Part shown: one piece after another, positions 1-12,889 of the stretch | How positions within the stretch are numbered: position 1 is the stretch's first letter | Layout: every line of letters starts with the position of its first letter | Assembly: GCA_012295275.1 (NCBI GenBank) | Contig: CM022671.1 | Span: 6,572,001 to 6,636,000 of the forward strand | Source of the DNA: Chrysomallon squamiferum | Lineage: Eukaryota; Animalia; Mollusca | Reading direction: 5' to 3' | Length of the DNA stretch: 64,000 bases | The notes under the pieces: model-generated | What the model saw: the letters and a program-made list of their open reading frames with translations, nothing else | Database searches by the model: none | What the model was told of the DNA's origin: nothing | Position numbers and translations under genes: made by a program

Positions 1-778
1 AAAAAAAAAAAAAAAAAACAGATAACCAGTGGAACACAAATATTTGCAATTAAATATTTATTTACACATCATATTATCAAGACCCTTGGACTCTGTGGAA
101 CTAGTGATTCATCAAGAACCTGCAGCTGTCACTGATCATACATACATGAACAGAATTAACTTGCTCTAAGTATGTAATGTGTTTTCTCAAACAAGCAGAG
201 CTGGAGAGAGAAGGGAAAAAAAAAAAAAATTATGCTGCATTACTCAGCAATTTATACAGATTTGTATGTGGCAAACTATCCCTGATATTTTCACTATATT
301 AAGGCTATAAAATAAAAAGCTATCACCATGGGGTGTAGAAAAGGAACAATTTTTTATTTGTTTTTTTTTCTCAGATTTTTTTCTTTTCTCTGCTCCGATT
401 ATTAAAAACAAACAGATAAATATTTTATTATCCATAATTCTCTTCACAGTTTAGACTTTCAGATTTGTATTTAGCATATTTCTCTTTGAAACTTTCACTG
501 TTGTATTTTAAAAAATATATATATTTCCGTGTCTTTAATTTTCTTTTTCTTTTTAATAACACTTGCAGTTCTCTCTCACACGCATGCACAAATCTCTCCT
601 GTTTTATCTTTCCTAATATCTCTGATATAAACATATGTATCAATACAAGACAAGATGTAAAGAAGAGCTGTGATTACATTTCCTCATTACTTTCAGTGGT
701 AATTCCAGATTAGCAACACAGTGCAGGTAAGTATCTCTTACCTGTCAGCCTTTGTTAGTGTACTATTATTTCAGAAAT

Positions 779-1010
779 GTAAAAAGATACACTGTCATTC
801 CCAACAGTAAAATATACATTGTCATCTTAACAGTAAAAAGATACACTGTCATTCCCAACAGTAAAATATACATTGTCATCTTAACAGTAAAAAGATACAC
901 TGTCATTCCCAACAGTAAAATATACATTGTCATCTTAACAGTAAAAACATACACTGTCATCATAACAGTGAAAACATACACTGTCATAACAGTAAAAACA
1001 TCCATACACT
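779..1010. repeat. 54-bp minisatellite built from 28+26 bp diverged subunits, about 3 full units plus decaying monomers
   Basis: Unit gtaaaaagatacactgtcattcccaaca+gtaaaatatacattgtcatcttaaca. It explains the repetitive ORFs 752..1015(+) and 766..1005(-). Confidence 0.95.
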
Positions 1011-1194
1011 GTTAATTAAAACATTAACTGTGATCCGAATGTACATCAGAAAACACTTATACAAATTAAAAACAAATTATATGCATAAATTCATCATAGC
1101 TGTGTAAATTTTAACATATATCACCTGTCCTCCCACACACTCCCACCAACAAACATAAACACAGACACAGTCACAGACAGACACACAGACATAC

Positions 1195-3953
1195 CTCAAA
1201 AGTTGTTTGTGAAAGCTCTCCAGGATGAGAATTGCCAGCATCAGAGGTGATTTCAATTTTCTGAAAAACAGAATTAAACATTATCTTCAAAAATAAAAAC
1301 AATGAATATGAAACCTATATATGCATTTATATATCTATATGTATGTGTGTATGTGTGTGTTGAAACCATTTAAAATTAAAATAATAATAAATTTTCACTC
1401 ATATGCTCCAATAAAATAAATAAATAAATGATGATAACAAAGTTGATAAAAGGTTGATAACTGGCATAGTATTTAGAAGTAAGTTATTTTTACACATCTA
1501 TGGATTAACTGAACTAAAAATTGCTCAAGGACAAATTACAAGGAAAAATGAAAGGTATGTAAACAATACTAACTATAAGATTTTTTTTCTTCTCAATTAC
1601 TGTTGATTGTTATAGAATAATTTGTTTGTTTTTTGTTGCTTTTTTCCCTTTCTTTCCTTTTTTTCTGTGGTGTGGAATGGAGTACGTATATTTGTTACAA
1701 ATAAATAAATATAAAACTGCAAGTAATTTGAAACATAAAATGAGACAAACATTTAACAACTGATTAATCAGAACAATAGCAGCTGTGTTATTTAAAGCCC
1801 AGTCAGCAAACCTATCTTTAATGACTCTGTAACAAAATTATTCATCCATGATATGCACGTCACACATGGATGAACACTGTAATTGAGAACAAACTGTAAT
1901 TCTGTCATTGTGAAAAGTTGGAGAGTGCAAAAATGTTCTCTTTCATTTGTAATAAATGAGAGATTTCTTAAGATATTTTTCATTTGTTTATTATAATTTT
2001 TATTTTTATTTGTAAAATGCTAGAAAAAAATTTAGTGCTTGTGCATGTGTGCAATCTAAACTACACACCTCAATATTTCTGTCAAGGGTCTAGGTGATCC
2101 CAAAAAAACATTAAAAATTATTTTAAAAAAAATGGCATTCTGTCAAGCATTCTCATATGATTTAAACAACTAATAATTAATAAACTATGTCAAATATATT
2201 CTAGAAGTTATAATTTGCCAATGTTGTTTATGATATAATCCAAGCTACTAGTAATTAATAAAATAAAGTATTTGCTGCACATCATTAATTACAGATGTGT
2301 CAGGTATTATGAAATGATCTAAACCACTGGTAATTAATTAACAAAGTGTTTTATGAAAGTGTGTCAAGTACAACGACACTATCAAGTAGTTAAGTGTGAT
2401 GTATTTGTCTGCTGTGGTTTGTCACACGCTGATTTATTTACAAATCTCGCGAAGTCTGAATTTCAAACATCGTTCACAGTGAGAGCTACGTCTGAAGGTG
2501 GTCAACGAGGACGTCATTAAAAACAGGTAGTCAAACACTGACAAGCTGATTTCACAACTCAGTGTACACAGCAGCTGAACTGAACTGAACTTTATTTACA
2601 CTCACGCCGTTGACTACAGCATGTGAAGATATATTCATACAGAATTTAACGTAACTGTAACAATACACTGAGTCTGGTTTATTCAGAGTGAAACTGTTGA
2701 CAAAACAGAATAAGGCTCTGGCTTTTTTACCATATGAAAAGAATGTGCATGTGTATGAATAATAGTAATAACAATAATAACGCATTGCTGCTGATTAAAA
2801 AAAGGAATAATATATATATATAAACAAATTTTTTAAATAATTTAAAAAAAAATTAATTAATAATAATGAAAGGCAAATATTTTATTATAAAAGTCAAATT
2901 TATTTTTTCTGTTCACAATTTATTTAAAAAATAATGATATTTAAATAATGTTATAAAAAGTTCAGTTAAACAAAAATGTTTGTACTTTATAACTTCTAAC
3001 AAGTTATAATAAACAACTAAATAAACAACAGTGAAAAAAAAATGCAGTTAAAAGTTTCATAAGTGGAAGATGAATATGTATGTAGGTAATGAATTTTAAT
3101 GATTGATGTAAATGTTGGTAGAATCAGAAAGTAAATTTATTATTCTTTTTGGAAACTGACATCCCCCAAAAACTATATATTTATATATTTGTTTTTAAAT
3201 TAAAATTTATATATCTGTTCAGCATTTTGCCATAACAAATAAAAATAATGAAAATGTTGAATTTTTGCTCAGTGTTATAAAATGAAAATAGATATATGAA
3301 TGCTTACAAAATTAATAATAAAGAAATTCTTTAAGATATTTTTTTTATAGATATTTAAAATACAAAATAGGAATAAGGCATTTTAAAATTAATTCTGATA
3401 CACAGATCATGAAGAAAAATTACTCTCTAAACATATATCAATGACTAAAATTTATATCAGACCATGAATTTATTATTTATTTGTTATTATTTTGAATCAT
3501 ACTTCATAATTATAATAATATTGGTAATAAACTAATATTCTGTATTAATAAAGTAGTCTATTACAGAAAAGTCAGGAAAAAATCGGTTAATCATAACGTG
3601 GTAAATAAACGAAATAAAACTATAATTAAATTTAATAACTAAAAGTTAATATATATAATAATAATATATATAATAAATGTGTTTGTCCCAACGACAAAAG
3701 CAAAATAAACAATTAAAAAGTTTAATAAGTGTTTTAAACCTGAATGTAAGTTAAACTGAATTTTTACAATTCATTCTTTTCAATTAATTCACGAAGTGAA
3801 AAAGAAAATAATTACACTTACCTCAAAAAGTTTTATTAAAGAGGCATTGTATGCTTTCGATGACATAGAATGCCGTTTTGACTTTTCAAATCCGCTTCCA
3901 CGTCGGTGAATAACATCGGCATTTTCGTGACCACTGCCGTGCTGGTTTCCCAT
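1195..3953 (-). CDS. First two coding exons of a gene that runs off the left edge; putative N-myristoylated protein (TLDc/MEAK7-like is a weak guess)
   Basis: Exon 3953-3822 reads MGNQHGSGHENADVIHRRGSGFEKSKRHSMSSKAYNASLIKLFE and ends GAG|gtaagt. Exon 1260-1195 (ttttcag|KIEITSDAGNSHPGELSQTTFE|gtatgt) joins in phase 0. The first exon is CpG-enriched, has an aaaATGG context and starts with MG. The family is not established. Confidence 0.7.
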
Positions 3954-4077
3954 TTTTGTTTGAAACCACGGTATTTAGAAACTAACTACAATGAAATAAT
4001 CTTTCATTTCTCACTGTTTATGGGCTAGGCGCTCTGATTCGCTTGTATCTGTACCATTTATCACGTTTAACACTCCT

Positions 4078-4090
4078 GAACCGGAAGTAA
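4078..4090. promoter_or_regulatory. ETS/GABP-type CCGGAAGT motif in the promoter region of the left-end gene
   Basis: aaccggaagta lies about 130 bp upstream of the ATG at 3953, in a locally CpG-rich patch. Confidence 0.4.
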
Positions 4091-4344
4091 AATATTAACT
4101 GCGGAAATCACGAAGTAATCACCAATGAAATTATTATCCAAACAACTAATTTCTCGAAAATTAAAAATTAAAAATCTTTTTTATTATTATTATTCTATGC
4201 ATAGAACTTGATAAAAATTATTTCACGGGGGAAAAAAAATGTTTTGTTACTTTGGTCTGTTTAAATTAATTACTGTTAAAGATTATAATTTGTCGTCATG
4301 TGTTTCTTGTATTAAACGATGATTGTGAGCGAGTTAATCCAGTG

Positions 4345-4430
4345 CCAGTTCTTTGGGTCACTCTTACTAATTAGCAACATTCCCATAGACAGGAGAGCAC
4401 ATACCATATGTGGTCTTCAATGAAGTAGTT
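4345..4430 (-). mobile_element. Degenerate SINE core fragment (Meta/MESC-domain-like)
   Basis: The minus strand reads ggtatgtgctctcctgtctatgggaa..ttgctaattagtaagagtgaccc. Related segments occur at ~8542 and ~37462. Family assignment is from memory. Confidence 0.55.
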
Positions 4431-5134
4431 ATTATTTATTTATTTATCATCTTCATCATCATTGCTACTACTGTTAATATTTTAATATGGAATGATTATC
4501 ATATCATAGCAAAACATTGCAGCTTGCATTATATGTGATCGTATAGTTATGTATATATAGTGCTTTCAAAAAGTGATTTAACAATGATCAGAAGAAAAAA
4601 AGAAAATCCAACAGAAATTCATGCATCATTCAAGTACAGCAGATTAAAATTATACTGACACACTCAGAACACAGACACAACATACATATATACATATTCA
4701 CATACACACATACACACAACACACACACTTGTGAGTCAGTATCTTCTGTCTGTCCGACATAACCACTGAAGCAGAAAAATCATTATGGAACAGAGGCAGT
4801 ATACTGGAGCAGATTTGAGAGGTGAGGTCATACACCACCAATAACGCAGCAATCAGTTCAAGCAATCACCATACACAGTTACAATAAACACTTTATCAAG
4901 GAATGATCCTGCTGTCGTGAGAACTGAAGTAAATTCACTATCATTTGTTCAAAGTCACACAAAGTATATATGAAATTATTTTAATTTATCTTAATTATAA
5001 TAACTAGAAGGATACACATAGTAAATTGTATTTTCTCTGCAAGCACTGTCTTATTTTCAACCAGTTATCTTTATAGGTTGAGATTACAGATGTTAGATGT
5101 TTAGAAGATAGAATTTAGTGGGGTTTTTTCAGAC

Positions 5135-5196
5135 AGGTAATAACAGGACTTGAACCCAGAAGATACTAGACTCAGGATCAGTGACTTAACCACAGA
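5135..5196 (-). mobile_element. tRNA-derived SINE head (Pol III A/B boxes), degenerate
   Basis: The minus strand reads tgtggttaag (A-box-like) ... gggttcaagtcc (B-box-like) at tRNA-like spacing. No cloverleaf is evident. Confidence 0.5.
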
Positions 5197-7013
5197 ATGA
5201 CACATGTTGGTTTCCATCATAAATTGTCACCCTTAGCTCATTTAAATAGTTGACCCAGAAATCAGCCATGCATAAAATGATCTAACATTTTAAAGTTCAA
5301 CCTGAAAACCGATACACACCTTTTGTTAGATCATAAGTGAAAATACGTTTTTTACTGAACTGAAAAACTGGTTACTTGTTTTATTAGGTCAGATACAGTA
5401 TCCAGAGAATAAAAATAAATTATATACATACATGTCTGATACATATATGATTGTGCATCTGTGTATCTGTGTGTGTGAGTTTATGTGCTTGTACATATGC
5501 ATTTTATATAATAAACACAGATATAAACTTGGTTTGTGAAATTTACAATTAGGTTCATTTAGAGATGAATGTGACAGGTGTAAAAACAGATATGTATAAA
5601 TTATAAATAAAATAATGGAATTATTTCTGCTTTATTTTTTTTTAAATGTTGTTAATTTCATATGTGACTAATGTTATTTTTAACACACACACACACACAC
5701 AAACACCTTTAACAGTCGAGCACATTAAAATCCCTCAAGCATGTCAACTTTATCAGATTTATCTACCTACACACTAATCCTGGTGGTGGATTCTGACTTG
5801 TTCATACACTGCATACAGTAAATGTAAATTTAGGAATTAAAAAATAACAAAAAATAACAAAAAACAAAACAAACAGCATTGATAGTGGTGTTTATATAAT
5901 TTTTGCTTTCTACAAGTCATAAATAATAAAATTATTTGATGAAGATAAATAATGCTTAAATATGTGTGTGTGTGTCTGTGTGTTTGTCAATAATTAACAC
6001 ATAAATCTAAAAAAAAGGTCAAGGGTTTTGAGTTTATGTCATTACTGTTAATGATGCATTTTGGGATTGCTTTATACATTTAAGGATTCCTTAACAAATA
6101 ATGTTCTTACTCAGAAAACATAAAAATAAACATAATCATTGAGTGAAATAATCATTGTGTTAACATACAATAATGAAACTTTTACTCTTTTAAATCTTAG
6201 GTTTTAATTTCTTTAAACAAAATTTAAAAAAATAAAGTATGATAAAAAATTAATACAAATACTAATACTAATAAAATATATATATATATATAATAATAAT
6301 AATTACTTTATAATCTTTCAAGAGAATATGGAACATAGTAAAAAATAATAATGCAACATTTAAAAATAAGAAACAAATTTTCAGATTGTGAATAAATTTA
6401 TTTTTCAAAAAGAAAGTGTACACACAAAAATAAAAATAAAACCCTGAGTAGCTATGTCTACCATTTTGTATTTTATAATGAGTGTATAAAATAATATTGT
6501 GTGTTAGAAAAAAATTTCAAATGCAAGTTAAGCTGTGTTTGTGCCTTCCCTGAATTTATCTCTGAGAGGTGAATCGGTTAATATATTAATTAATATATGT
6601 ATATATACAAAAATCTAAAAATCTAAAAATCTAAAAATACTTTTTAAATATAATTTTTTCAATAATCATCACATAACAAAATACAAAAAAAAAAAAAAAA
6701 AAAAAAAAGCACTTAAAAAAATAAAAGTGAATGAAAAGTCTCTAAACAAATGTTTTTATGTATAACAAAAAAAACAATCATAAAAGCAATAAAAATAAAA
6801 TTTAGTTCATTACATATTTTGTATTAAAATGCAAAAGTATCAAAATAACATCCCATAAATTTAAGTAGAATGCAAAACTGAATTTAGTTTCCATTAGATT
6901 CTGTCAATATCTAGGGCAGCCATTTTGTATTTTCCAACAACGACATCTCATTTACAACTCTAATGTTCTAATTCTAATGTTCACATTAACATGGCAGCCA
7001 TTTAAAAGTCCAT

Positions 7014-7979
7014 CTATCGCTTTATGAACGTGAAGTCAGCCGGGCAGTCTGGAATCATCAACATTTCATACTTCTGACCCATCTTCCCATGATGCCACTG
7101 CACGTGATATTTTCTCAAAATCTTTGCCAACATGACATAGATTTCTTGTTCAGCAAAGCGCCGACCTGCAGATAAACAAAATGATAAGACAAAAAACTAA
7201 GATACAGATATAGATATGGCAACTTGGTGCTAAATAGGTAGAAAATGGTAGGTCAGAGGTCAGAAACTCTTGTCAACAGGGTCAAGAGGTCACCTCTATC
7301 AGAAGACGACACATCACATTTGTATACAGAGGTAACAATTGTTATTACCACTGAGGAGAACTGAACCTATGATCTGTGACATTCTACAACAAGTATGTTA
7401 CATACACATTTACTCCAGAAAGGTTAAAAAAAGAAGTTCTGGGAAACCTCACCTGCACACATCCTCACTCCATGACCAAATGGAGTGAGCAGGTATGGAT
7501 GAACACTCTCTGCTAACCCCTTTCTCAGCCATCTTTCTGGTAGAAAACTTTCAGGGTCAACAAAATACTCTGGATTTTTGAATTGTACAAAGTTGTTCAG
7601 CATTACATGTGTAAAAAAAAAAAAAAAAAAAAAAACCCAGTATACAGAACAGTTGTCAGAGATAATCTGTCTTTAAACAGTTTGAAAAGTCCTTTTCCAG
7701 TCTCACATTACTGCTATTCACAATTTTAATTTTGCTGTACTCTAACTAATTTTGTGATATTTCAGTAAATATCTGTTTTCATATTCAACTACACAAAATT
7801 AGGTTTGAACTCATTTCTATCCAGAGTACCATTTTATCATTTCCATCTCACATTTTATATATCTGCCTATCTATCTACCTTTGTACCAACCCATCTATGC
7901 CTGCTGCCAACCATCTCAACATTTTTCCTTCAACCCACCTTCCCACCTATCTGTCTCTGTGTCTCTGTCTACCTACATT

Positions 7980-8022
<43 letters not shown>

Positions 8023-9745
8023 TTTTTTTTGTATGAATGTAACCTAAGAAGATAATGAATATTGTTGCACACATTACTTTATCTTCTTACCCCAGCAGGC
8101 ATCTGATACCCTCCAATGACAACATTTTTCTGTAGAATCCGGGATATCTCCAAGCCAATTGGGAAAATTCTAAAATACAAAATCTCCTATAAATTAAATT
8201 TTATAAAACATAATTACTTTTGATAAATACAAGGCTATGCATCAGTCTGTTAAGGAAACTGGGAAGATTAGCAAACATTACAGAAAATACAAATATTGTC
8301 TGTCATCCATCTCTGGTTTCCACATGCTGGACTTGTTAATTTTAATCTTTAAACAAACTCTTCTTATGTCTCATAAAAACATGGTGACAGTTACACTTTA
8401 GATAAACATTATGTCACACAAAATGTTATGTGAAAATGAGAAAACTTAAGATGTTTCATACACAAAACAAACACGCTAATCGGTTAGTTCAAGATGAGTG
8501 CGACAACTGATTTTTTAAATTCAGTTTATCCAAACTGACACTGATTAGCAGCAAACGGTCTTTTGTGCGCACCTTCTCATAGGCTGCAAAGTGTGTTATA
8601 AGCCAGAGTGTGAGTAGGACCGTGACAGGAAACAGTCTGATAGTGTACAGAGGAGTGGTGATTTTGTTACCCACCAAATGACAGGAAATGTTTACACCTA
8701 CGAGTCTGAACTCATCTGTGACCTTTACAAGAATTAACAGAAATATTTAAAATATGAATTTAACCTGAATGTTTCCTTCACACAAGCTTTCAGATAGTTG
8801 AGCTGATTAATGGTGTCTGCTGTCATTGCTTTGTCATCTGCTACTACTGAGTTTATTTCTTCCAGAACCTTCTCCTGGATTTCTGGGTTGGTGGCCAATG
8901 TGTACAGATTAAAAAGTAATGCTGGTACAGTCTAAGATAAAACGAAAATAAATAAATAAGTAAATAAATAAATAAATAAAGTAAAGTAAAGAAAAAAAAA
9001 AATGAATTCAACTTTAAATGCAAAATACAATGGTACCGTAACTTACGAGTGCCCTAACTTAAGAGTTTTTCGAGTTATGAGCTGTCACCCAGACGATTTT
9101 TAGCTTTGAGATGTGAGCCAAAATCTGTGTTATGAGCAAGCTTTAAATATGCTGCCACTAGTTGGCGCAACGAACAACACAACATCTGGCCAGCATCCTG
9201 TGTCTCACTTGTTTACTTCACATGGTTACCTCGCTGCTGAAGCATCTTTGTTGTATTGTGTTTGTGTTTTGTGTAGTAGTTTGGCAAATTTCTTATTTCT
9301 GACCATTGATCCTAAGTAAGTGAGTACAAACAACAGTGCCAAGAAGCAGCAGATGATGTCCATTGAATTAAAGTTTGAATTCATAGAAAAACATGGTGTG
9401 TGTGTAGTCGACTTGGCTAGCCAGTACAAGAATAGTGCTTCTAAGATATGTACAATACTGAAGCTGAAGGAGTAGGTATAAGGCTGTAACTCCAGCCAAA
9501 GGCATTAAAATAATTGGTACAAAACCAATTTATTTCTTTACATTCTCTTTTACTTTGTTTTTATACAATATTTGTCATTTAAAAACACTTTACAAAAAAA
9601 ATTAAAATGACGTGGTTTTGAGGGGCTGGAACAGATTAATGGTATTTTAATTAATTTCAGTTGGGAAAATTGGTTTTCTATATCAGCAAATTGAGATACA
9701 AGCTCTGTCATGGAACAACTTAAACTCATAAGTCAAGGTACCACC

Positions 9746-9800
<55 letters not shown>

Positions 9801-11252
9801 TAGTAAAAAAAAAATAATAATAACAATAACAATAACAACAATAATAATAACAACAACAATAAAATAATAATAAGTATCAAAATATTTTTACTGTGAAGAT
9901 ATAAAAAAATAATAATCATCAATCAAACAGATACTATGGTTATTTCAAACTCACAGTTCTGAGTCCATCAGCAAACAGGGACAGACAGATGATACTGACA
10001 TCTTTAAAGTCAAGTTCTGGGCGAGACATCAAGTATGACACAAACTTGTAATGGTCAACCTTCAACTGACCTTTGTCCAGCAGACATTTCATTTCAGAAA
10101 CACACTGGTCAAGCCAATTATGACCTTTGCTGTAATAAGTAACTTTATGTTTTAACAGCACTAATTAATTGACAATTAAGCAAATTATTAATCAATTCTT
10201 CTAGCCAAATTTTACTGCTAATAATAAATTACCATCATTGTTAATCAAATGTTTTGAAATCTCATTAAACAAAAATTCTTTCTGATGATTATTTCTAATT
10301 GAAAGTAATTTCTTCGAAATTTATTTAGCGAAATAAAACCTCCAAGTTTTTCAAGGTCATCTCGATTCTTGAACATCATTTTATGGAAGAACTTGCCTGA
10401 AAAAATAATCTTCTGCCTCAAGGAGTTTTTTCCAATTTGGTGTAGGGAATATCCTGTATATGGGCAGTGAGTATTTGAGTTTTGTAGACAAAGCAAAGAG
10501 AGCAGCATTGGCGTCCACCATTTTTTGTCCTTCTTCTGAGTTCTCTCCAGTAACGTACCCTAAACGTTTCCCAAAGCATGTTACAGCTGAAGCTAAGAGC
10601 AGATACATTTCTGTGAGAAGAAACATCCAGGATAAAAAAAAAAAAATTATTTCTGCTGAAACAAGATTTTTAATTTTTGTAACATTTTATTAGTTGGTTA
10701 GTTTTTAAATGTTAAAAAATATATCAGCTAAAAAAGTGTTATTTTAATTTCTTTTTAACCAGTGTTTAATAAATTATATTCTGTCTTGAAAAGAATCTGC
10801 TGATTCTTGTTAAACAGGATCCTTAAACTGCTAGGAGAAATTTATTTGAATGTGTAAAACAATTGTACTTATAAATTTTTTATACCTTATCCGAGATCTG
10901 TATGGTTGTAACACAAATATAATCAATACTGATTGAACTAATATAAAATTAAAATAATGCCTTGCATATTTAAAATGTTAACATTATAATGACATTTGAA
11001 ATTCTGATTCTTATTAATATGAATAAATATGAATTTAAGACACATGAGATATTCTTTTCATCAGATTGTATAGTTGAAAAAATTACAGATCGTTTCTAAA
11101 CTCTGATTAATCATATCTGTGTTAATGTGTAAATAGTGACAATGACACTGAATTAAATAAAGAAGAAAATAAATAAATAATTAAATAATAAAAAACAATT
11201 CATGATGATAATAATAATAGTAATAATATTATATTAATAATAATAATAATAT

Positions 11253-11313
<61 letters not shown>

Positions 11314-12845
11314 GTAATAATTCTAGCAGTAAATAAATAAATAATTTACATTCTAATGACCATTTGGCAGTTTCATTTCCAAAATCCTTAATTTCTCCAT
11401 TTTCATCTCTAAGTGTGTCCATCTTTGCAATAAAGTCATCTGCAACTTCCAAAACTAAAGGGAGATAAGCACTGACTTCTTTTGGTCTCAACATCATCTG
11501 TTGAACTGAGGTTCTCAGCCTATACCATTCTTCCCCATTCCTGTTAATAACACATAACAAGAGTTCAGACAAATTAGAAAGTACTCTGAAAATGTTCATT
11601 TAAACATTATTCTTATTATTCTAAATCCTCTCAATTACAAACATAAAATATTACCACAAAAATACATGTATAAACCACATTAAAACCCATAAGATTTAAT
11701 AAATATGTGCTTAGATAAATTTGTACAAACATAAAGCACACACACACATACACATATTCATTAAAATAAACAAACACGATACATATATATTATATAAACA
11801 CTTATTCTGATAATGGAAAGAATACAATTTTTATATGATATTAATTTCAACAAATATGATGCATTTACAAAGTTTATAATTATAGAAAATCACATTGCTT
11901 AACATTATCAGATGGAATGATTTCTGAATGAATGAATATTATATTTTAATACAAAGATTTAACTGGTGACAACCATAGTTTGTATGCAGTGAAAAGAGAA
12001 GAAACATGCTTAGGTCATTACATTTGTATTGTTACCAACCAAAAATTTAAAACAAATTTACAGACTTAAAGGTTCGCGAAGGAAGATAGCGGGTTTTCAA
12101 TGATAGGGTCAAGTAGTACAGTACAGTTCAGATGAATTCAAGAAGGCCACAGAGAAAAGGTATGACTGCATACTTGAAAAGACCCTGTAGATAAAACCAC
12201 TTACATGTTTCCCAAGCCTGGAGACATTTTTCTCAACTTGCGATAAAACTGAGCAGTTTCTAGAAGAGGTTTCAAGTGTGGAGTTTTTCCTTCGTGCTGA
12301 TATACAACTCTGATATAGTCTGGGTCAAACAAGTGTACACTAGTCTCCCCAACAAACGTTTCTTTAACAATGTTCCCGTATTTGTTGTGCATTTCCAACA
12401 AGGCATCTTGAAGTCTGTCAATATTTTTGAAGCGACCTAAAAGAAGAATAAAGTTCTAATATGCAGTTGTTGTTCTATGTCACCTAGCACACAGCTGTTC
12501 ACTATTTGTTTTTAATAATAAAAGTATGATACAACTTTCTCGTAACTGATTATCAAACATATTTATGATAAGGCATACATAAATGATTTGTTGATGCCAA
12601 CATTTGCAGGTATTGTTGTTTTGTATAAAAATTATATTACAGAAAATATGAGTTGTTATTAAAAATATAGACATGGTATCTTGTTAGATATTACTCATAT
12701 TATTCTATAATACAGCATAACTAGAATATATTTCTATGAGAGATATCTATGAAAACAAAGATGCATTAACAATTTCATTCCCATCTAGAATCATACAAGT
12801 ATATGGATCAGGTAATGAAATGAAAAGATCACTGACATGTTTTAA

Positions 12846-12889
<44 letters not shown>

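Noticed and set aside
5135-5196. Functional tRNA gene
   Set aside because: Only A/B-box-like words are present. No acceptor or anticodon stems could be formed, so a SINE head fits better.
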